Below, piece by piece: positions 23,600-36,587 of a DNA stretch of 64,000 nt. Positions within the stretch are counted from its first letter, which is position 1. Each line of letters opens with the position of its first letter. The position numbers and the translations under genes were made by a program. Source of the stretch: Cyanophora paradoxa CCMP329 (lineage: Eukaryota; Plantae; Glaucophyta); the NCBI GenBank assembly GCA_004431415.1, contig QPMI01000520.1, positions 186,001 through 250,000 on the forward strand, read 5' to 3'. Below the pieces are notes generated by a model. That model had not been told where the DNA came from, did not search any database, and saw only the letters and a list, made by a program, of their open reading frames with translations.

Positions 23600-24924
23600 A
23601 TGGCTTTCATTACTCCCGCTGTGCCATTCGCTGTAAGCGTTTCCGCCGATCCGCCGCCGCCGCTCCGCCAACCGATCGATCCTTCAGAGCCGCGACGCGA
23701 CGGTGACGCATCTCGTGCAGCTGCGTGCGTATATGATACCGGCTTTCCGTTCACCGCCCGCCCACGTGCGCCGTCACACGGACCGTCATCGCGCAGCCAA
23801 GGCGACGCCGGCGCCAGCGAGACGCGCCGAGGAGCGCCAGACGTGCGTTTGCTCGGCAAGCTCCTCGTCAGACAAGAGGAGGGCGTTCGTCGCCGCCGTC
23901 GCAGCGGTTTTGGTTGGTGCTGGCATCGTTCCGGACGCGCCGTGGGCGCCGCAGCCGGCGTTCGCCGTGCAGGAGTCTGGGCGCAAGAAGGAGGTAAGCG
24001 CAATCGATGAAGCGCCCTGGGCTTCGGCGGTCCTGCTCCTGCAGCTGACCCGGGCGGCTGGCGCGCACGTGCGTGTGGAGGTCACTCGCGGGCTGGACCT
24101 CCAGGGGGAGAACTTCGACAACCAGGCGCGCCTCGCCGGCCGCCGCGCACCCTCTTCCGGCCGCCTGACGGCCGGCGGCAGGACTACTCCGGGAAGAACT
24201 TCCAGACCTCGCTCCTGCGCGGCGCCAGCTTCAAGAACGCGAAGCTGCGCGGCACCAACTTCTTCGGTGCGCATCCGCTCCGCGCGCCGCGCCGCGCCTC
24301 GCGCCCGGAGCGAGCGGACGGGCGGGCGCTCGCGCGGCAGACGCCGACCTGCTGGGCGCCGACTTCACGGGCGCTGACATGACCGAGGTGGCCCCTCCCT
24401 GCGCGCCGCCGCTTCCTACGCGCGCCCCTCTGACGGCGCGGCGGCGCGCGCGTGCGCGCAGGCGATCCTCGAGCTCTCCAACGCGCGCGAGGTCCGCTCT
24501 CCGCCTCCCCCCCCCCCCCCCCCTGCCGCCCCGCAGGCCGGCGCCTGGGCGCTGACGGCCGCGCGCCCCCCCAGGCGGACTTCACGAACGCGGTGCTCGT
24601 GAACGCCTTCGTGAGCAGCAACACCAAGTGGGACGGTGCGCCGGCCACCGGCCTCGGGCCCTTGGACCGGCATCGCGGGCGAGGGCGCTGGCCGAGCGCG
24701 GGGGCGGGTGCGGGGCGCAGGGGCGACGATCACGGGGGCCGACTTCTCGGGGGTCATCCTCCGCAAGGACGCCCAGAAGTACCTCTGCTCCGTCCGCCCC
24801 CCGGCTCGCCCCGCCCCGCCCCTCTCCCTCCAGCCGAGCCGCGCCGGCGGGCGGGCGGCAGATCGCGAACGGCACGAACGCGACGACGGGCGTCGAGACC
24901 CGCGAGTCCCTCGGCTGCCAATAG
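23600..24924 (+). CDS. Thylakoid-lumen pentapeptide-repeat protein (TL17-like)
   Basis: MAFITPAVPFA transit start; twin-Arg lumen signal KRRAFVAAVAAVLVGAG..PAFA; A(D/N)(L/F)xx repeats; C-terminus ADFSGVILRKDAQKYLCSIANGTNATTGVETRESLGCQ*. Confidence 0.88.
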
Positions 24925-25586
24925 TGGCCTCACGCCGCCCGCCCGCCTGCCAAGCCCGAGGCGCGCAGTGACGCCGGGCCGCCGAGCGCTGCGGCCGACT
25001 GTGGTTTAGTTTCGGCCTCGAGCTCCGGGGCTCGGGGCCAGTTTTGTTTAATTTGCTTCCTATGATAATCGGAGTCGCATATGCATGCAATCGCAAAGCC
25101 CGGGGCTGTCGACGTCGGACCCCCGTAACCGATATTGATCATCAAAACGCGACAATGTGACATCGAAGATGTCATGACTAAGACTATTTGGCCGATGGTG
25201 TTACACATTTCTGAACTACCTACTATGGAAAATGGATACATAAGAGACCCAGCTGGAGAATAACCTACATGGGGCGTGGCATGGCGGGTACAAGGGGGCG
25301 CTGGGCCCCCGTCAAAAAAGCGCACGAGGCGCAGTGGTGGTACAGCTAGGATGCGGGTCTAGAGCAGGGGGGGGGTGAGGGGGGGCTGAAGATCTGAGAG
25401 GGGCGACAATAAAGGCACGGCGAGGCGAGAGGTGGAGGGGGAGGGGAGGAGGGCGAGCGAGGAGGAAGAGGAGGGCGAGCGGGGCTGCATGGTGCAGCTC
25501 GCGGACTGGAGGCGCCCGGCGGCGGGCGCCATCGAGTGCCGGTCTGCGAGCCAGGCTGGAGCTAGAGCTGGGCCGTATGGATGAAA

Positions 25587-28500
25587 CTAGAGGCGGCGGG
25601 CGCCGGAGACGCCGGGGACGCAGGCGATGACGTCGAGGACGAGCTGGAGCTGGTCGAGGGAGGCGACGCGCATGCGGAACTGCAGCGTCGCCTCGCCAGC
25701 CTTGGTGATGGTCTTCGAGCCCTGGATGGAGATCCCCAGCGCCGTGATCGCCCCCGCCACGTCCCCCAGCAGCCCTGCCCGCCCCCTCAGGCCCCAGAGG
25801 GCGCGCAGAGGGGCGCCCCTCACCGTTCCGGTCCGCAGCGTCCACCCGCACCAGCGCCGGGTACAGCACCTGCACGCGAGGCCTAAGCGAAGAGGTGGAG
25901 GGCGGGGTGAAACAGGGGTGCCCACGGGTGCGGCGGGCTGGCCGGCCTCGTCGGCCCAGGAGACGGCGACGAAGGAGTCCTCGCGGGCCCCGTCGCGGGC
26001 CTTGAGGCGCGCCAGCAGCGGGCAGCAGTCCCGGTGCACCGTCACCACCTGCGGGCCCCGCCGCGCCCCCTCCGGCCCCGCCGCCGCCGCCCCCTCCTCC
26101 CCCTCCCGCTCCTGCTCCTTGCCGGCGAGGTAGCCGACGACCTCGTCCCCCTTGATCGGGCGGCAGCAGCCGGCGAGCCTGCGCGGCGGGTCAGAGAGCG
26201 GGGAGAGGGGCGCGGGGCGGTGGCGGCGGGGGGCACCGGAGGAGGTTGTTGGAGCCGCGGACGTACATGGAGGAGCCCCAGCGGTCGCCCGAGGGGGCCC
26301 GCGCCGGCGAGAGGGCCGCGGGGCGCCGCGAGGCCGGCGAGGCGGGGGCGATCTCCGAGAGGCCGGGGCGCAGCACGGGGTGCCCGGGGCGCGGCCGCGG
26401 CGGCGGCGAGGGGCCCGGCGAGGCGACCGCCTCCTCCGCGGCAGGGGCGGCCGAGGCCGGCGGGGAGGGCGACTCGTCGTCGGGGGCGGGGCCGGGGCGG
26501 GCGTCGGCGGGGCCGGGGCCGCGGGGCTGGAGGGGGCGGATGGGGGAGGAGGGGAAGGAGAAGCCGCCGGGGGCGCCGACGGGGCGGAAGCGGCCCGGGG
26601 AGGCGCGCTGGAGGAGGGAGCGGCCGATGCGCTCGAGGATGTTCGTCGAGTCGACGGACTGCGCGAGGGCGACGAAGAGCTCCTCCGTGGACGAGAAGCC
26701 GGCGAGCGCCGCGAGCTCCGACTCGAGCATCGACCCGGCCGACCCGTCCTCCCCCTCCGAGGGCGCCGCCAGGCCCTGCAGCTCGAGGTAGAGGCGCAGC
26801 ACCTTGGCCCCCTCCTCCACCATCTGCGCCCGCCGCCGCTTGAGCAGGAACTGCCGGATCTTGTTCCGCGCGCTCCTCGTCCGGCCTGCCCGGGGCGGCC
26901 GTGAGGGGCGCGGGGGAGGGGCGGGAGGGCGGGGCGGGGGCGGACAGTGCTCCATCCAGTCGACGCGGGGGCCCGGGGCGACGGCGGAGGTGAGGACCTC
27001 GACGACGTCGGCGTTCTGCAGCTTGTAGGTGACGGGCGCCGAGCGGCCGTTCACCTTGCACCCGATCATCGCGTGCCCGATCTCGCTGTGGATGTGGTAG
27101 GCGAGGTCGATGCACGAGGCGCCCTTCGGCAGGTTCACGATCTGGCCCTGCGGCGTGAAGACGAAGACGCGCGAGCCCAGCAGCTGCGCGCCGAGGAGAG
27201 CCGTCAGGGGGAGGGGAGGGCGGGAGGACGCGGGGGCGGGGGGTGCGGACGTCGCGGCGGACGGCGTCGACGAACTCGCGGGAGGAGGAGAACTCCTTCT
27301 GCCACTGCCGGATCTCGTTAAGCCAGGCGTAGTTCCGCGGCACCAGCCGGTTCAGCTGCAGGCCCTCCTTGAAGAGCCAGTGCGCCGCCATCCCGTGCTG
27401 CGCGCGGCGTCGGGGGCGCGGGGGCGGGGGCCCAGGGGCCCAGGCGCGCACCTCGGCCATGAGGTGCATGCGCTCGGTGCGGATCTGGACCTCGAGGGGC
27501 ACGAACCAGTGGCGGTAGTGGGCGACGACGGCGGTGTGCAGGCTCTGGTACGAGTTCGGCTTCGGCATCGCCACGTAGTCCTTGAACTTGCCCGGCAGCG
27601 GCTGCCACAGCCCGTGCACCAGCCCCAGCACCCGGTAGCACGCCTGCGCCGGGGGCTCGGCGGGGCAGCGCGGGAGGCGGGGGCGGGCGGGCGGGGGCGG
27701 GCGGACCATGCGCTCGGCCATCTCGGTCTCGGCGGTGCGGGGGGCGGCGTCGGGGGCCTTGAGGACGACGCGGAGGGCGACGAGGTCGTTGATCTCGGTG
27801 AGGGAGTTGCCGGTGCGCTGCATCTTGCGCCACAGGCTGTAGAGCTCCTTGGTGCGGCCCATGACCGTCACCGAGATCGAGTCGCGCAGCGCCGCGTCCT
27901 CGTGCAGCGCCTCCTCGAGCTCGCGCTTCGCCTGGTCGACCACCGAGTCGATCTGCGCGCAGTACGAGGCCACGTGCCGCTTCAGCTGCGAGTACTTCTC
28001 GCTGTGCTGCGCCCCCGGCGGTGAGCGGCGGGAGAAGAGGGGGAGGGGGGGGGCGGGAGGGGCGCACGAGGTACTGGAAGGAGAGGTCCTCGAGCTCGGA
28101 CTTGATCTGGTCGATCCCGAGGCGGTGCGCCAGCGGCGCGAAGATCTCCAGCGTCTCCCGCGAGATCCGCTTCCGCTTGTGCGGCGGCATGAACTGCCCC
28201 CGCACACCCCGCCCCCGTCAGCGCGGCCGGGCGGCAGCGAGCGGGGCGGGGCGGGGCGGGGGCGGGGCCGGGGGCGACCTGCAGGGTGCGCATGTTGTGG
28301 AGGCGGTCGGCGAGCTTGACGATGATCACGCGCAGGTCCTCCGTCATCGCCACCAGCATTTGCCTGGCGCGAGGCGGGGTGGGCCGAGGCTCGCCCCAGC
28401 GCCCCGCCCCGCCCCGCCGGGCCGGGCGGGGCCGACCTGAGGTTCTCGGCCTGCTTGTCCTCGACGTCGTAGCCGGCCATCTTGGGGAGCTTGCTGATCT

Positions 28501-29682
28501 TCGTCTCCCCCTCGACGATCCTCCGCACCTGCGACCCGAACTCCCCCTGCGAGGGCCCCGAGCGGCGCGCCTCAGGCGGGGCGGGTGGAGGGCGGGGGCG
28601 GGGCGGGGCGCGGGGCGGGCGGGCCTCGATCTCCTCGAAGGTGAGGGGCGTGTCCTCGACGGTGTCGTGCAGGAGGCCCGCGCAGACCGTGTCCGGGTCC
28701 ATGTTCAGCTCCGCCAGGATCGTCGCCACGATGACTGGCCCCGCCCCCCCCGCCCCGTCACACGCCGGCCCCGCCGGCCCCGCCGAGGCGCCCCCGCGCA
28801 CTCGGGTGGATGACGAAGGGCTCGCCGCTGCGCCGCCGCTGCTCGTGGTGCGACTGGATGGCGAGGCGGCACGCCCGGAAGACCTTGCTCCGCTCCTCCG
28901 CGGTCATGTAGTCCACCTTCGATTCCAGCTCGTTGCTGCCGGCGCCCCTCAGACGCCGCCCCACCCACGCGCACGGCACCCCTATCCCTCCGACCCCATG
29001 CGCACGCGGGCCGCGGCCAATCGGCCCGCCGCGGCGCCGCGGCGCAGCCGCAACGGCGGCCCCGCACGTGCATCGTGTGCGCATCGGAGCCCGGGCGGGG
29101 CGGACAGGCGCACCTGGTCTGCACGACATCCGAGGGGAGCATCGCCTCGGGGAGCGTGCGGAGGCACTCTTGAATAGAACCGTAGTGCTCGAACTGCCGG
29201 GGCGGGGCCGGCGGGTCCGCGCCGACCCGCGACGCGCTCGCCGCCTGCCGCAAACCGGTCGGAAGGGGAAACGGGTGTATCGCCGAAACGGAGCGCAGCC
29301 GATCGGCAGCTGGATGCGGGCGCACTGGGCGATCGTACTGTGTCCACGATTCGGCACGCTGCAGCTCCTCAACCTGCTCGCTCGCGGTGAGCGGAGGTCC
29401 CGTCTGAACAGCACGCAAACGCACCGTCGGAGCATCATTTCCGGGCCCCGCGTCGAAGCGGAAGTCGAGTGCGAGCGGCGCGCCGAAGAACACGCGGGTC
29501 GCTGCCGGCGGGCGGCGGGATGAGGATCGCCGAGCCGACGCCAACCAAGAACCGGTAAAGAAGGGCCGCTGCAGCTTCCCGCGGGCGGCCGCCGCGGAGT
29601 TGGCTTGCTGACCACTTACTGCGGCCAACGAGCTGACTATGCCTGTCCGCCGGCATGGATCTGCCAGCGGAACGGCAAACAT
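25587..29682 (-). CDS. RSH: Long bifunctional RelA/SpoT homologue (HD, synthetase, TGS, Cys/ZFD, ACT), probably plastid-targeted
   Basis: [109 protein letters not shown]-like C-terminus; N-terminus MFAVP is Ser/Ala/Arg-rich. Confidence 0.95.
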
Positions 29683-29752
29683 GGCACACTAGAGTGGCGG
29701 CGCTTGGAGCCCGGTAAGTTTCGGCTGTACCCCGGTTCGCCACACAAAAACC

Positions 29753-31150
29753 ATGTCGGGTGCGTTCCGCGGCGCCCCGGGCCGTTTGGCGGTTGTCCCC
29801 GTGCTCTGCCGTCGATCTCACCGGTGACCCGCTCCCCCAGGCGAGAAATACGAGCTGTCTTGCGGCCGCAACGAGGATCCGCAGTATTTCTTCTGCGACA
29901 AGGATGGCGACACGTGAGTATGCCCCAGCTCCAAAAAGAGACGATTTCCGGCTCTCCCGCCGCCGCCAGACTCCGGGGCGTTTGAGTAACGGAGTCGCTA
30001 ACCGAACTCTCTAGACACGAGCGCCGCGGTGGCGCACTGAAAGGCCGCTGATCGAACTCGGTGGATGCGTTGCGCAGTTACATGAGCCAGTGCTGCCTGG
30101 CGATGCACGGCAAGGAGGTCGCGAGCCAAGGCGCCTGCCCGGGGTTCCGCGGCGAGCCCATCGGCTGGAACGGCGAGTGCGACGCCGAGCGTGACCACGA
30201 CGAGGATGACTACGACTACGTCGGGGAGGCGGAGTCGCACCAGCCCGTCGGCAGGGGGCTGTGCGTGAAGGCCATCGGCAACGGTGGCATGGTCTACAAG
30301 ACGCTGGACGGCAAGACCGTGAAGGAGGCCAACGATGCGGGCTACAAGGTCGCCCACCTCGGCCCGTGCTACCCCGACGAGGAGGGCCGCACCGTCTCGG
30401 ACACCGGTGCGGATCCCGAGTGGCGCTGCGCCCAGGCATCGCGCGGCCGCCGACGCTTCCCGCTCGCCGCAGTCATCAAGCAGCAGAAGGAGCAGACGTC
30501 GATCACGCACCTGCAGGACGAATCGGGGCGCCCGACGACGGTTGCCACCGTCTTCACTGAGGAGCTGCAGACCGCCATCGACCCGGACAAGGTGCGCGCC
30601 GCGCGCGCCGGCGCCCTTCGCACCCAGCGCCGAAGCTTGTGGGGCGCAGGCGCCCATGCGCTGCTGCTCGGACGGCCGCTACTACCTCTCCGGGAAGACC
30701 TTCCAGGACTACTGCATTAGGAACGGGTGCGCCGCGCGCCGCGCCGCCGCGCGCCAGCCGCCGGTCGGCGCTGACGCTGCGGCGCGGCCGGCAGCTTCGA
30801 CGAGCTGCCGTACGAGTCCTGCGGCTCGAACTGGACGACGACCTCCTCCAAGGTCTCGACCCAGCAGGGTGCGCCCTCGCCGCGCCCCGCCCCGCCCCCC
30901 GCGCCTCACGCCGGCGCAGGCCGCTTCGCGACCCACGACGACGATGGCGCCCAGTTCGACATCGACTTCGTCTCCTCTATGGTGCCGCCGCCGCTGCTGT
31001 GCCGCCGCGCCGGAGGCGCCCGACGGGCGACTCACCGCGCCGCAGCACGAGAGCGGCGCCTTCGCGTCGGCGGCGGCCGACACCGCGGCGGACGCTGACG
31101 TCTTCCAGGCCGAGAGCGAGGCCGCCGCCTACGAGGACTGGGAGCTCTGA
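29753..31150 (+). CDS. Cys-rich protein with one clear and two degenerate Kazal-like modules, acidic tail and no signal peptide
   Basis: ATG TCG G|gtgcg..cag|GC GAG and GAC AC|gtgagt..cag|T TAC joins give [47 protein letters not shown]. Further units are [18 protein letters not shown] and [11 protein letters not shown]. Confidence 0.6.
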
Positions 31151-31427
31151 GGGGCGCGCGCGCCCCGTTCCCGCCGCCAGCCGGCGCCCCGCGAGTGACG
31201 CGGCCGGCGCGCGTCGCCAACCCAACCGTAGCCCCAAATCCAAACCAAAAAAATTCAAAGCCAGCTCGCCAGCGCGCCAGCGCACGCATGCAGGATGATG
31301 CAGCGCGCCGGCGGAGGGCGACAGAGAAATTCTTAACTCGAAGCATGTGCACGTCCAAACGACTGAAAAGCGAAAGGATGAAGGATGGAACTGGGGGGCT
31401 GGGTGCGGGGTGCGGGGGGCGCGGGGG

Positions 31428-33695
31428 TCACATGTTGGTGTAGTTGGGCCCGCCGGCGCCCTCGGGGACGGTCCAGTTGATGTTCTGCGTGGGGTCCTTG
31501 ACGTCGCACGCCTTGCAGTGGAGGCAGTTCTGCGCGTTGATCTGCAGCTTCGGGTCCCCCCCGCTCTCGTCCCCCACGTACTCGTACACCCTGCCCCGCC
31601 CCCGCGCTCGAGCCGGGGGCGCGGCGGGGGGGCGGGGGCGGGCGGGGCGGACTGGGCGGGGCAGTAGCGGCCCTCGGGGCCCTTGTAGAGGGGCCAGTTG
31701 ACCTCGGCGGGGACGGCGGCGTCCCGCAGGCGCAGGTGCGCCGGCTGGTCGTGGTCGTGGTCCGTCCCCGACCTGCCCCCCGCCCCCCCGCCTCGCCCCG
31801 CCCCTCGCGCGAGGGCAGCGGGGCCGGCGCCCGCACCGGAACACGGACTCGCGGATGTCGAAGGTGATCTTGCCGTCGGGCTTGGGGTACTGGATCGGCT
31901 CGAACTCGCCGGCGGGCTTGAGGGACTGGTGGTCGGCGTGCCCGTGGCTGAGGGTGACGGGGATCTTGCCCTTGGTGACGTAGGCCTCGACGCAGGAGAT
32001 GGCGAGGCCGGGGATCATGCCCCACTTGAAGGCGGGGCGGACGTTGCGCTCCTGGTAGAGCTCCTGCCAGACCCAGGAGCGCTTGACCGCGTCGCTGTAG
32101 CCGCGGAAGATGCGGTCGCGGTCGGCGTCGTCGGCGCCGGCGACGACGGCCTCGAAGGCCTGCTCGGCGGCCAGCATCCCCGTCTTCATCGCCGTGTGCG
32201 TCCCCTTGATCTTCGGCACGTTCAGGAAGCCGGCCGAGCACCCGATCAGGCCGCCCCCCGGGAAGACCAGCTCCGGCACGCTCTGGTAGCCCCCCTCGTT
32301 GAGCACCCGCGCGCCGTACGCGATCGGCTTGCCGCCCTCGAGGTGCCTGCGGATGGTGGGGTGGAGCTTGTAGCGCTGGAACTCCCCGTACGTGCTGATC
32401 CACGGGTTCGCGTAGTCCAGCGCCAGCACGAAGCCGACCGCCACCTGCCCCGAGCGTGAGCGCCGGGCGTGGGGCCGGCGCGGGGGCGGGCGCGGGGGCG
32501 CCTGGCGGTCGTTGAGGTGGTAGAGGAGGCCGCCCCCGTACGTGGAGAAGTCGAGGGGGTACCCGATCGAGTGGGCGACGAAGCCCGGCTTGTGCTGCTC
32601 CTCGGGGACCTCCCAGATCTCCTTGATGCCGAGCGCGTACGTCTGCGGCTGCTTGCCGTTGCGCAGGCCGAAGCGCTGCTCGAGGGTCTTGGAGAGGGAG
32701 CCCCGCGCGCCCTCCGCGAACAGCGTCACCTTCGCCCGCAGCTCCATCCCGCGCTGGAACGAGTCCTGCCCCCCGCCCCCGCCCCCTCAGCCGGCGCGGG
32801 GCGGGGATCGAGGCGGGCTCGCGGGGGGCGGGCGGGCCTTGGGGGCGCCGTCCTTGCCGATGCCCATGTCGTTGGTGGCGATGCCGACGACGCGCCCGTC
32901 CTCCTCGTCGTAGAGGACGTGCGCCGCCGAGAAGCCGGGGTACACCTCCACGCCCAGCTCCTCCGCCTGCTTCCCCATCCACCGCACCAGCTCCGAGAGG
33001 CTGATCACGTAGTTCCCGTCGTTGTGCATCTGGGGCGGCACCGGCAGCGGCACGTGGAAGTTCTTGAACATGAACCAGAAGTGGTCGTCGCTCGCCGGCG
33101 TCCGCAGCGGCGCCTGCGCCGGCGGCGTCGGGGCTCGGCATGCACCGCGCGGCGCCCCGACCCGCCCCGGGGAGCGCACCCCGAGGTCCTTCCAGTTCGG
33201 GATAAGCTCATTCAGAGTGCGGGTCTCAAAGACGTTGCCGGACAGAATGTGCGCGCCTGCGCACGGGCAAGAGTCAAGATGCGTGTCGAGTCCGATCGCG
33301 CGGAGAAACGCGGGGGCGCGGTCCAGGGGCGGGGACGCCGGCCACGCACCAACCTCGGAGCCCTTCTCGACGACGCACACGCTGATCTCCTTGCCGGTCT
33401 CCTTTTCGAGCTGCTTCAGGCGAATCGCGGCGGACAGCCCGGCGGGGCCGGCGCCGACGATGACGACATCGAAGTCCATCTTGTCCCGCGGGGACTTGAG
33501 GATGGCAAGCTCTTCAGCTGTGAGCTGCCGCTGGGACGCCGCTCGGGACGCCGTGCCCGCGAGGTGGCGGATGGGTTGGGAGGCGGCAGGCCGCAGGCGC
33601 GCCATGGCTGCTGCAGTCGACTTGCATCGCGCCGTCAGTGACAGGCGGCGCAGCGGCTGCTGCGCCGCCCGCAGAAGAGCGCCGCGAGCCAGCAT
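31428..33695 (-). CDS. ETFDH: Electron transfer flavoprotein-ubiquinone oxidoreductase, mitochondrial
   Basis: [73 protein letters not shown]; Arg-rich presequence; 6 introns. Confidence 0.97.
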
Positions 33696-33987
33696 CTTCG
33701 TGGCGGGGACCGACAGAGGTCGTCAGAGCGCGTCTTTCGAGTGTTCTGCCTAGATACCCACTCAGCCGTAGGTCACTCAGCCGCAACCGGCCTGGAATCC
33801 CCGAGAACTGTGTACCCAACCAGGCGGCGAAAATTGTGATCGGCCGCGCAGCCGCGATTACCGCTGCTGGGCGAAGACCACTGCATGTGCTCTAGTTACG
33901 TACCGGGCTGTTCAACAGTAGCCCGGCAGACAGACTAGGCCGGCTCCGAGCGCGCGCGCGCGCCAGCGAGCAGCCCGCGCCGCAGCC

Positions 33988-36421
33988 ATGTTCTCCTCCG
34001 CGTCCGCGCCGCGTACCGGCCCCGCACGATCGGCGCGGCCCCCTCGGCCGGTCTCCGCGCTCTGCTGCTGGCCGCCGGCCGCGCGCTCGCCTGTGGCGGC
34101 GGACCTTCCCGTCCGGCGGTTTTCTTGGCGGATCTGCACGTCCGGCCACGAAGACAGGCTGCAGCTCCGGCTAGCGGTCAGACGCTTCTGCGTCGTTCGG
34201 AATGTGGCCGCGCCGCCGGTTACGGTGCCCTCCTGCAGCCTAGAGGGGCCCGGAGGAGAAGGAGACGACCGAGGGCGAGCGAAGAGCAGCGGGGCACTGG
34301 AGAGCGCGGGGAGGTGGCTGGACGAGGTCATGGGCGACCCGAAGAAGTCGACGGTGGTCGTGGTCGCCACTCTCGTGGCCATCGCCATTCTCTTTGACGA
34401 TTACCTCGACGAGAACACTTTCGGTGCGGGCGATCCCAGCCCCGGCGGCCGGCCGCCGACGCCCCCGCAGCGTCGACGGGCCTGGGCGTCGGGGCGGCGG
34501 CTCTCGTCGGCTCGAAGACGACTGTTGGCGTCGGCGTGGCGGCGGCCGGCAAGCGCGCGCTCCTGCAGGCCGTCGTCGGCATCCTCCGCCGCGTCGGGGG
34601 CTCCTTTCTCGTCTCTCTGCTCGCGAACTACGCCCTCGAGGGTGCGCCCGCCTCGCTGCCCTCGAGGCGCTGAGCTCTGAGGGAGGGGCGGGGAGGGATG
34701 CGGGCGCAGCGCTCGCCGCAGATGGCGGAGATCGAGAAGCTGAAGCGCAGCATGGGCCGCCTCGAGGCCCTCTCCGCCCGAGTGCGCGACCCTTGACCCG
34801 CCCCCTCCCGCAACGCCGCGCCGACTGCCTCGGTCGCGGCAGGCGCGGCAGCGGGGGGCGGGGCCGGGGGCGGAGGCCGGGGAGGAGGGGGCGGTGGAGG
34901 GCCAGCTGGAGGAGCTGCGGCGGCTCGTGGGCGGCCTCGAGCAGCAGCTGCGCGCCCTCGAGGCCGAGCAGGGCGCCGCCGAGGCGGTCCTCAGGGGCGC
35001 TGCCGCCGCCCCGCCCCCCGGGGAGGAGGGGGAGGGCGCGGGCCCCGTGGTGGAGCTGCGGGAGAAGGTGGCTGGCCTCTACGAGCGCCACGAGGCCGCC
35101 GTCCGCCTCTTCGAGGAGCGCATGCGCGAGGCGCGCCCCGCCCGCCCCGCGACCCCCGCCCCCCACCCCTCGCTCAGGCTCGCCGGCAGGTGCAGCGGCA
35201 GCAGGAGCGCCTCTCGTCGCGGATCGCGCGCGTCGGGTCGGAGCTCTCGCTCTTCGCGCTGGCCTCGCAGCTGCCGGGGGTGGGCGCCTCGGGGCCCTCG
35301 GGGGCGGCGGCGCTGCTGGAGGAGCTCGGCCTCGAGGACGGCTCCCTCCTCGCCCTCCTCCTCAAGTTCCAGAGCGACCCCGGGGCCACCCGCGCCGCCC
35401 TCGCCCGCGCCCTGCCCCCCGCCGCCGCCGCCGCCTGCGTCGCCGCCCTCGAGGGCTACGCGGCGCGCGTCGAGCCGGCCTCGCAGCTGGAGCTGGTCTT
35501 CGACCGGGACGGGGCGAGCGAGGCGCTGCGGGCGGCGCTGCGGGAGGGGAGGGAGCGGGTGCTGCTGGTGTGCCCGTGGGTGACGACCTCGGCGGTCACG
35601 CGGCGGCTCCTCCGCGACGTGCGCGCCTTCCTCGACCGCAACCCCGCCGCCACCCTCGACGTCGGCTTCGGGTACCCCCGCGACTGGCCCCCGGAGGCCC
35701 TGCCCGACGCGGAGAAGTGGAAGTACGCCGGCCTCTTCGAGCTGCTGGAGGCGCTGGGCCCCGCCTACGGCCCCCGCCTCCGCGTCAAGGGCCTCGCCAC
35801 CCACGAGAAGTACCTCTGCTGCGACTCCCGCTTCGCACTCATCGGCTCCCACAACTTTCTATCCTCCCGGCCCCAGCCGCAGGGCGCCGGCCCGGGCGGG
35901 GGCGGGTCTGCCTCGGGCGCGGGGGCGGCGCGGGAGGTCGGGGTGCGGACGACGGACGGGGCGCTCATCGCGGACCTCGTCGCCCGCTTCGACGGCGACG
36001 CCGGCCTCCCCGACTGGCGCCCCGACGCCTTCCTCCACGCCTACCGCGCCTGGCGCGCCTCCCCCTCCGCCCCCGCCCCCGCCCCTTCTCTCTCTTCGCC
36101 TTCCTCCTCCTCGCCGCGCCCCTCGCGATCCGCTCTTCCCGCCGCCCCCTCCGGCCCCGCCCCCGCCTCGCCCCCGCGCAAGGGCCGCCCCGCGCCCCGC
36201 AAGCCCGCCCCGGCCCCGCCCCCGAGCCTGCGGCCCGTGGAGCCGTCCCCGAGCCTGCAAGGAACGCGGCATCGCCGCCTGACCGGAGCGGCGAAGGCGC
36301 CGGGGGGCCCGCTGAGAAGGGCGGACGGCCGACTGGCGGGGCGAGGCGGGGTCGGCGGGCCCAGGGCGCCGGCCGGGGCCCCCGGGCGCTCCGCGGGCCC
36401 CCGGGCCCGAAGGACGCGTAG
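33988..36421 (+). CDS. Single-HKD phospholipase D/nuclease-family protein with N-terminal targeting-like peptide, hydrophobic segments and coiled coil; 3' end approximate
   Basis: [40 protein letters not shown] (HxKxxxxD + GSxN + distal E); [15 protein letters not shown] hydrophobic stretch; [19 protein letters not shown] coiled coil. Confidence 0.8.
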
Positions 36422-36587
36422 TCCCCCATGCCCCTTCTCCCCTTCCCTGCCCCGAACCCCTTCCGTGCTGGCCCGCGCGCCCCCCTCCCGGTCTCTCGAG
36501 GGAACTCGACGCAAGACGCATATTCCGATGGAGAGAGAGCAGACGAGAAAAAGGGTCTGGCTAGAGCTACAGGGACGGGGCGGGGGC

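Noticed and set aside
29904-30030. ATG at 29904 with a micro-exon and a non-canonical GA donor
   Set aside because: A fully canonical model starting at 29753, with a single 29912-30077 intron, restores the frame and a Kazal-like motif.
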